Below, one piece after another: positions 43,593 to 49,483 of a stretch of 49,483 nt of DNA. Every line of letters begins with the position of its first letter. The first letter of the stretch is position 1. Origin of the DNA: Planctomycetota bacterium (lineage in GTDB: Bacteria > Planctomycetota > PUPC01 > JABMSA01); the NCBI GenBank assembly GCA_013202185.1, contig JABMSA010000270.1, forward strand, positions 1 to 49,483, in the 5' to 3' direction. The translations under genes were made by a program, and so were the position numbers. The notes under the pieces were generated by a model. That model made no database searches. It was not told where the DNA came from and saw nothing but the letters and a program-made list of their open reading frames with translations.

Positions 43593-44405
43593 ATGGCTGA
43601 AACACTGTTGAGCTTGGCAAACTGGCTGTTGCCCCTCGTGTACCTGGTGCTGCTGATCGACTACGGCGCCACGTTTTTCCTTCGCACGAAAACCCACGCC
43701 CGCAACGCCGGCGTAACGGCAGCGGTGGTTTTTCATGCCCTGGTGCTCGTGATGCGATCCATTCATCTGGGGCGCCCGCCGCTCGACGGCGGCTATGAGA
43801 TTCTATCGATCCTGGCCTTCTCGACGGCCGCCGTTTACTGCATGCTCGAGGCCGCCGTGCGCGACCGCCGCGCCGGGTTGTTCATTTTCATCCTTGTCTT
43901 CCTGTTTCAGTATACGTCCACGGTATTCATGGCCGGCGGCGTTGCCGAGCAGGTCGGCAAGTCCAGTTGGGCGCGCTTGCACATCGTTCCCGCCATCGTC
44001 GCCTACACGGCCTTTGCCGTGGGTGCAATTTACGGCCTGCTGCATCTGCTGGCGCATCGCAACCTCAAGCGCCACAGCGTTGGCGTTCTCTTCGACCGCC
44101 TGCCGCCGTTCGATCTGCTCGGCAGGATGACCTGGTACGCGGTGGTCGTCGGATTCATTTTCATGACCATCAGCATTGCCACCGGGCCGATCCTTGCCAA
44201 GCACATGAAAGCCGAAGGTGCACCGGCGATATGGGACCCCCGGCTGGCCGCCAAGATAATAGTAGGATCCATCGCGTGGTTGATCTACGGAGTGGCGATA
44301 CTCGGCAGGCTCGTCGGCAAGTGGTCGGCCCCGAAGGTGTCCGTCGTGGGCCTCACCGGCTTCGTGGTCACCGTGATCCTGATAATAGCAACTACCGTGC
44401 TTTGA
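43593..44405 (+). CDS. Cytochrome c assembly family (CcsA/HemX-like) membrane protein
   Basis: 270 aa polytopic from the ATG at 43593 (AGAGG upstream). Directly upstream of hemA, as hemX is in other bacteria. Degenerate W-rich region (PAIWDPRLAAK). The track ORF is 5'-extended to 43050. Confidence 0.7.
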   Translation: MAETLLSLANWLLPLVYLVLLIDYGATFFLRTKTHARNAGVTAAVVFHALVLVMRSIHLGRPPLDGGYEILSILAFSTAAVYCMLEAAVRDRRAGLFIFILVFLFQYTSTVFMAGGVAEQVGKSSWARLHIVPAIVAYTAFAVGAIYGLLHLLAHRNLKRHSVGVLFDRLPPFDLLGRMTWYAVVVGFIFMTISIATGPILAKHMKAEGAPAIWDPRLAAKIIVGSIAWLIYGVAILGRLVGKWSAPKVSVVGLTGFVVTVILIIATTVL

Positions 44406-44638
44406 CATAACCGCAGCCGCCGACCTAGCACAGTGGCACAATGCCGGTTGGCGTTCGGCCTTGAGCCGCCTGAACGGGAGTCGAGATTATCGACTGTCTT
44501 TCACTTCAGTCCCGCAGGGGACCACAGACGGCCAGCCTCGGGCGCGAGCCCGTGGAAAGCCGTGCCGAAAACCCAAGAGCCCCCGCGGGGGCGGCAGATT
44601 ACATCGGATCGACGCCGAACGATTGAATAGTTGAGAGC

Positions 44639-46030
44639 GTGATGAAGATAACAGTTGTCGGCATAAGCCATCGCACCGCCACGGTGGAGGTCCGCGAGCA
44701 GTTTGCCCTGCCGGGCGGGCTCGCCGGCGAGCTGCTGCGCGCCGTCAAGGCCGAGGGTGTGTTCGGCGAGGCGCTCCTGCTCGACACCTGCAACCGTACC
44801 GAGATGTACCTCGTCGCGCCCGAGCTGGAGGATTGCGCGACCCGGATGGCGGCCCACCTGGCCCGGCTCAAGCACATTTCCCCGCTTCCCGATGCCTCGC
44901 TGCTTTATCGTCGCGACGGAACTGCGGCCGTCGAGCATCTCTTTCGCGTGTCGGCCTCGCTCGACTCACAAATACTGGGCGAAGACCAGATACTCGGCCA
45001 GATAAAAAACGCATACAGCCTCGCCGTAGAAGAAAAATCGACAGGCTTCGTGCTCAACCGCCTCATGCACCGCGCGATTCGCGTGGGCAAGAGGGTACGC
45101 ACAGAAACGCAACTCGGCCGCGGCGCGGCCGGCATCCCGCACGCGGCAGTCGAGCTTGCTATCCAGATATTCGCCACGCTCGCCGGCAAAACCGTTATGC
45201 TCGTGGGAGCAGGCGAAACCGCCGAACTCGCCGCACGCAACCTCATAGCCTGCGGAGTGAGCAATATCATAGTGGCCAACCGCACCCTCGAACGAGCACA
45301 AAGGATGGCCGCCCAACTGGCACAGGGAGCCGCCGGCGTAACATGCCCCACGGCGGACGACGAAAGCACGGCGGGCAACGACACAACATGCCCTGCGCGT
45401 CCTTCAGACGACGCCCTGCCGATAACACGGGCAATCGGCCTCGACGACATACCCAACGTCATCAGAAGCGTGGACCTCGTGATATGCTCCACCGGCTCGC
45501 CCGAGGCCGTGCTCACATACGACAACGTAGGCGAGGTGCTCCGCACCAACAGGCGCCCGCTGTTCATCGTCGACATAGCCGTCCCGCGCGACGTCGACCC
45601 CCGCCTCAACGACCTCAGCAACGTCTTCCTGTACAACATCGACGATCTCAAGAGCATCGTCGCGGCAAACCTCGAGCGCCGCCGGCACGAGATGCCGCGC
45701 GCCGAGGCAATAGTAAGCCACGAAGTGGAATTGTTCTCCAATTGGCTCGACTCCCTGCAGGTTGCGCCGATCGTGAAACTGCTCCAGGAACATTTCGACC
45801 AACTGCGACGCGCCGAGATCAAGAGATACGGCAAGCAGTTTTCCGAAGCCGACAACGAGCAGCTCGAGGTGTTTACGCGATCACTGTGCAAGAAGCTCCT
45901 CCACGAGCCGCTAACCTTCCTGCGACAGGTATCACGAGACAATTCCATAGGCGACAGCGAAACCACAGTAGAAATCGTCCGGCGGATGTTCGGCATCAGC
46001 CAGCCGGACGAACCAGCGGAGAACACCTGA
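44639..46030 (+). CDS. hemA: Glutamyl-tRNA reductase
   Basis: MKITVVGISHRTATVEVRE ... LLDTCNRTEMY (catalytic Cys), NADPH-binding GAGETAEL, and a dimerization helix. GTG 44639 or ATG 44642. Confidence 0.92.
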   Translation: MMKITVVGISHRTATVEVREQFALPGGLAGELLRAVKAEGVFGEALLLDTCNRTEMYLVAPELEDCATRMAAHLARLKHISPLPDASLLYRRDGTAAVEHLFRVSASLDSQILGEDQILGQIKNAYSLAVEEKSTGFVLNRLMHRAIRVGKRVRTETQLGRGAAGIPHAAVELAIQIFATLAGKTVMLVGAGETAELAARNLIACGVSNIIVANRTLERAQRMAAQLAQGAAGVTCPTADDESTAGNDTTCPARPSDDALPITRAIGLDDIPNVIRSVDLVICSTGSPEAVLTYDNVGEVLRTNRRPLFIVDIAVPRDVDPRLNDLSNVFLYNIDDLKSIVAANLERRRHEMPRAEAIVSHEVELFSNWLDSLQVAPIVKLLQEHFDQLRRAEIKRYGKQFSEADNEQLEVFTRSLCKKLLHEPLTFLRQVSRDNSIGDSETTVEIVRRMFGISQPDEPAENT

Positions 46031-47232
46031 TGATCGGTATCTCAAAACTATACTGCGGCACCGTGGAGCCGTCGGACGTGCTTCGGTACGGCTCAGACAG
46101 CAAGAAGCTGCCCAGCCACCTGCTGCAGTTTTCGGCCGACAAGAAGCCCGTGGTAGTATGGAACTGCACACGCCGCTGCAACCTGCGCTGCGTGCACTGC
46201 TACGCGCATTCCGCCGACCAGGAATACAGCGGGCAGATGACCACCGAGCAAGGATTTGCCCTGCTCGAGGACCTCGCCGAGTTCGGCGCGCCGGTGATCC
46301 TCTTTTCCGGCGGCGAGCCATTGATGCGCCGCGACCTCTTCGACCTGGCCGCGCGGGCCACCGGCCTCGGAATGCGGGCGGTGATCTCAACCAACGGCAC
46401 GCTCATCGACGAGGCAAAGGCCGCCCGCCTCAAGGAGATCGGCCTCAGCTACGTGGGCGTTTCGCTCGATGGCCTGCGCGACGTAAACGACAAGTTCAGG
46501 GGCGTCGAGGGCGCCTTCGACAAGGCCCTGCGGGGCATACGCAACTGCCTCAAGGCCGGCATTAAGGTCGGCCTGCGATTCACCATCAACAAGCGCAACG
46601 TCGACGAAGTCGACGGCATATTCTCGATACTGCGCGACGAAAACATTCCGCGCGTCTGCTTCTATCACCTCGTATACGCCGGGCGAGGCACCGAGCTGAT
46701 GAATGAGGACCTCGACCACCAGGGCACCCGCCGCATAGTAGACCTCATCATCGACCACACGGCGCAACTCCACGCCGACGGCCTGCCCAAGGAAGTGCTA
46801 ACCGTAGACAACCACGCCGACGGCCCCTACCTTTACCAGCGAATGGTCCGCGAAAACAGCCCGCGCGCCGCCGACGTGGCCAGGCTGCTGCGCATGAACC
46901 GAGGCAACTCGAGCGGCAACGGCATCGGGTGCGTTTCGTGGGACGGCGCCGTGCATGCCGACCAGTTTTGGCGACACGTTTCGTTTGGCAACGTTACCGA
47001 GCGCAAGTTTTCCGAGATATGGACCGATCTGTCGGACCCGCTGATGGCGAAGCTCAAGGACAAGCGCCCGCACGTGAAGGGCCGCTGTGCAACGTGCAAG
47101 TTTCTCGACGTGTGCGGAGGCAACTTCCGCGTGAGAGCCGAAACGGCCACCGGCGACCTCTGGCAGCCCGACCCCGCCTGCTACCTCACCGACGAAGAAA
47201 CATCGGTCGGCCTCCCGGAGGACGATGCATGA
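46030..47232 (+). CDS. NirJ/AhbC/AhbD-type radical SAM enzyme (siroheme-dependent heme pathway)
   Basis: The ATG at 46030 overlaps the hemA stop (TGATG). CX3CX2C motif CNLRCVHCY. GGEPL motif. C-terminal SPASM-like CATCKFLDVCGG ... DPACY. The track ORF 44833..47232 is a 5'-extended frame. Confidence 0.8.
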   Translation: MIGISKLYCGTVEPSDVLRYGSDSKKLPSHLLQFSADKKPVVVWNCTRRCNLRCVHCYAHSADQEYSGQMTTEQGFALLEDLAEFGAPVILFSGGEPLMRRDLFDLAARATGLGMRAVISTNGTLIDEAKAARLKEIGLSYVGVSLDGLRDVNDKFRGVEGAFDKALRGIRNCLKAGIKVGLRFTINKRNVDEVDGIFSILRDENIPRVCFYHLVYAGRGTELMNEDLDHQGTRRIVDLIIDHTAQLHADGLPKEVLTVDNHADGPYLYQRMVRENSPRAADVARLLRMNRGNSSGNGIGCVSWDGAVHADQFWRHVSFGNVTERKFSEIWTDLSDPLMAKLKDKRPHVKGRCATCKFLDVCGGNFRVRAETATGDLWQPDPACYLTDEETSVGLPEDDA

Positions 47233-49280
47233 GCCATCCGGGTTCACACGGCGCCGATGGCCGCCCCTTGCCGCGCCTGATCGCGTGGGAAGTAACACGC
47301 TCGTGCATGCTCGCCTGCAAGCACTGCCGGGCCGCCGCCCAAACCACACCCTACGAAGGCGAGCTTTCCACCGAAGAATGCTACAGTCTTCTCGACAACA
47401 TCGCGTCGTTCGCCAGGCCCATCATCATCCTCACCGGCGGCGAGCCGATGCTCAGGCCCGATATTTACGACGTCGCCGCATACGCACACGGGCTCGATCT
47501 GCCGGTGGTGATGGCGCCCTGCGGAGTGCTGATCGACGACGACACGGCGGCGAAGATCGTGAAGTCGGGCATCCGCCGCATTTCGATCTCACTCGACGGC
47601 GCAACGGCCGAATCTCACGACGCATTCCGCGCGGTGCCCGGCGCCTTCGAGGCGTCTGTTCGAGGGATCGAAGCCGCCAGGCGCGCGGGGCTCGATTTTC
47701 AGATCAACACCACCGTCACCCGCCACAACCTCGCCGAGCTGGAGGCAATTCGAGACCTCGCCGTGAGCCTCGGCGCCAGGGTATTCAACCCGTTTCTGCT
47801 GGTACCGACAGGGCGCGGAGCGGCCCTCGCAGACCAGGAGATAACGCCGGAAGAATACGAAAACACCCTCCGGTGGCTTGCCGGCCGGCAGCAACATTCC
47901 GACATCATGATCCGCGTAACGTGCGCGCCGCACTACCAGCGCATCCTCCGCGAAGAGGGCTACAAGCCCGGGCCGCACGGCGGCGCGGGGTGCATGGGCG
48001 GCAAGTCTTTCGCGTTCATCTCGCATCGCGGCAAGGTACAGATATGCGGGTTCCTCGACGTCGAATGCGGCGACGTATGCAGCACCGGCTTCGACTTCAA
48101 AACAATATGGGAGACGTCGGAAGTCTTCCGCAACGTGCGCGACACAAACTCCTACCACGGCCGCTGCGGCTATTGCGAATATCGCAAGGTCTGCGGGGGG
48201 TGCCGGGCAAGGGCATACGCCCTCAGCGGCGACTACCTCAACGAAGAACCCTTCTGCGTGTATCAGCCCAGACGCACACCCGCAAAAGACAACGGTGCCG
48301 CCAAGCTCGATGACGTCGACAAGAGGATCCTCTCCGTCATCCAGACCGGGCTGCCCGTCGCCGAAGAGCCTTTTCACGCCCTATCGCGGCAACTGGGCCT
48401 CGCACCCGACGACGTCATCAGCCGAACGGCCCGCCTCTGCACCGATGGCCCCATACGCCGCCTCGGGCCCGTGTTCGACTCGCACAGCCTGGGATACTCC
48501 TCGACGCTCGTTGCGGCGCGCGTGCCGGAAGACCGGCTCCGGGAGGTGGCCGAGCTTGTGAGCCGCCTCGATGGCGTAACGCACAACTATCGCCGCCGGC
48601 ACCGGTACAACCTCTGGTTCACTCTCACCGCGCCCACGTCCGAAGCGATCGACACGATCCTCGAAAGCCTCCGCCGCCAAACGGGCATCGACGATTTCTA
48701 CAGCCTTCCGGCGCTGGCCGTCTACAAGATCAAGGTAGACTTTCAGCTCGTCCCCAAGCAGCAGTCGCAGCCCGTTGCCGACAAATCTTCCAAGCCTGCG
48801 TCCAAGCTGAGCGACGACGAGAAGAAGCTCGTCCGCCTCCTCCAGGACGGCCTGCCCGTGATCGCGCAGCCGTTTGACGAACCGGCGCGCGTCCTGGGCT
48901 GCACGCAGCAGCGGGTGGTCGAGCAGATCGCCCAATGGCTTGATGCCGGAGTCATCCGGCGGTTCGGCGCCGTCGTGAACCATCGGCAGCTTGGTTTCGT
49001 GGCCAACGGCATGTGCGTGTTCAACGTCTCGCCGGATTGCATCGACGCCATCGGCGAGCGCCTGGCCGGCTATGCGGAGGTGTCGCACTGCTATCATCGG
49101 TCGTCGGCGCCCGGGTGGAACTACAACCTCTTCGCAATGATTCACGGGCAATCGAAGGAGGAGGTGTTGGCGCTTGCCGCGCGAATCTCCGGCGAGCTGG
49201 AGCTGACCGATTACGAGGTGCTCTTCTCCTCCGACGAGTACAAGAAAGTCTCGATGCGGTATTTTGTGGAAACGACATAA
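47229..49280 (+). CDS. Fusion protein: NirJ/Ahb-type radical SAM + AhbA-like + AhbB-like siroheme decarboxylase domains
   Basis: - 683 aa from the ATG at 47229 (ATGA overlap with the upstream gene).
- Radical SAM motif CMLACKHCR.
- SPASM-like CGYCEYRKVCGGCRARAY ... EPFCVY.
- Two AsnC/Lrp-like decarboxylase modules follow: (...VTHNYRRRHRYNLWFTL...) and (...VSHCYHRSSAPGWNYNLFAMIHG...). Confidence 0.8.
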   Translation: MSHPGSHGADGRPLPRLIAWEVTRSCMLACKHCRAAAQTTPYEGELSTEECYSLLDNIASFARPIIILTGGEPMLRPDIYDVAAYAHGLDLPVVMAPCGVLIDDDTAAKIVKSGIRRISISLDGATAESHDAFRAVPGAFEASVRGIEAARRAGLDFQINTTVTRHNLAELEAIRDLAVSLGARVFNPFLLVPTGRGAALADQEITPEEYENTLRWLAGRQQHSDIMIRVTCAPHYQRILREEGYKPGPHGGAGCMGGKSFAFISHRGKVQICGFLDVECGDVCSTGFDFKTIWETSEVFRNVRDTNSYHGRCGYCEYRKVCGGCRARAYALSGDYLNEEPFCVYQPRRTPAKDNGAAKLDDVDKRILSVIQTGLPVAEEPFHALSRQLGLAPDDVISRTARLCTDGPIRRLGPVFDSHSLGYSSTLVAARVPEDRLREVAELVSRLDGVTHNYRRRHRYNLWFTLTAPTSEAIDTILESLRRQTGIDDFYSLPALAVYKIKVDFQLVPKQQSQPVADKSSKPASKLSDDEKKLVRLLQDGLPVIAQPFDEPARVLGCTQQRVVEQIAQWLDAGVIRRFGAVVNHRQLGFVANGMCVFNVSPDCIDAIGERLAGYAEVSHCYHRSSAPGWNYNLFAMIHGQSKEEVLALAARISGELELTDYEVLFSSDEYKKVSMRYFVETT

Positions 49281-49426
49281 CCAGCCCCTCCCGGGGACCA
49301 CACGCGGGCGCTCCCCTGCAAGCGGCTTCCCCGACCGCTCAACACATTCTTCCACAAAATGCCCGCATAATTCCCATCGTATTCCCTGGAAATTTTCAGG
49401 CGAATCGGTTATACTATGAAATTGAG

Positions 49427-49483
49427 ATGAAGATAGCAGTTTCAGGTAAGGGAGGCGTGGGCAAGACAACCATAAGCTCGCTG
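49427..49483 (+). CDS. P-loop ATPase of the MinD/ParA/CooC type (first 19 codons only)
   Basis: MKIAVSGKGGVGKTTISSL is a deviant Walker A motif (KGGVGKTT). The gene runs off the window. Confidence 0.55.
   Translation, partial: MKIAVSGKGGVGKTTISSL

Noticed and set aside
42121-43620. 499-aa minus-strand ORF opposite the sigma54 activator
   Set aside because: The + strand frame carries unmistakable receiver, AAA+ (GDSGTGKE, GAFTGA) and HTH motifs. The antisense frame has none.
44434-44439. TGGCAC upstream of hemA (possible sigma54 -24 box)
   Set aside because: The -12 position reads CGGT instead of TTGC, and there is no GC at the required GG-N10-GC spacing.
44579-44592. Perfect GC palindrome GCCCCCGCGGGGGC upstream of hemA
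   Set aside because: It has no loop and no U-tract, and it lies inside a GC-rich intergenic region. I have no evidence of function. It may just be a stable hairpin in the 5' UTR.
44833-47232. Very long in-frame 5' extensions of track ORFs: 44833..47232, 46929..49280, 43050..44405, 21785..23329, 26689..27426, 17706..19178, 36444..37763
   Set aside because: - The extensions overlap the preceding gene in another frame and are Arg/Pro-rich.
- They are followed by an internal ATG that gives a canonical N-terminus (signal peptide or a conserved start) and an ATGA/TGATG junction with the upstream stop.
- I therefore used the shorter coordinates.

Overview
GC-rich bacterial chromosomal window with about 45 protein genes. 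I saw no rRNA, tRNA, CRISPR array, transposase or integrase. Taxonomy cannot be fixed from this window alone.

Layout:
- Left edge (+ strand): the mercury-methylation pair hgcA (5' end cut by the window; nt 1-24 encode the NVWCAAGK cap-helix motif) and hgcB, then a tandem M16 peptidase.
- About 3.9 kb to 41.3 kb: every gene is on the minus strand, and many junctions overlap by 4-8 nt (ATGA type). In transcription order:
  - a NusG/RfaH-like antiterminator
  - six multiheme c-type cytochromes (53 canonical CXXCH plus 5 CX3-4CH motifs), interleaved with two NHL beta-propeller proteins, a 664-aa predicted outer-membrane beta-barrel, and an embedded Cys-rich histidine kinase plus receiver
  - a variant System I cytochrome c maturation set (Cys-type ccmE, ccmF, a ccmH-like fusion, ccmABCD)
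  - a HAMP / heptaheme / HAMP trio
  - hemL
  - a polyprenyl synthase
  - nqrABCDEF, whose NqrA keeps RnfC-like 2x[4Fe-4S] motifs
  - a two-component pair
  - NuoE-like and NuoF-like genes plus a Cys-type formate dehydrogenase
- Right part (+ strand): a histidine-kinase remnant, a sigma54-dependent response regulator broken by an in-frame TAG, a ccsA/hemX-like gene, hemA, two NirJ/Ahb-type radical SAM genes (the second fused to AhbA- and AhbB-like siroheme decarboxylase domains), and the first 19 codons of a CooC/MinD-type ATPase.

Main candidate for a new system: the block 27.1-41.3 kb. It combines a NusG paralog, a sigma54-like promoter, multiheme cytochromes, NHL propellers and a beta-barrel. 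I read it as a new porin-cytochrome-type extracellular electron transfer or cytochrome-filament module, sitting next to its own heme synthesis, cytochrome maturation and quinone-reducing input modules.

All functional calls come from motif reading of the supplied translations. No database search was run.
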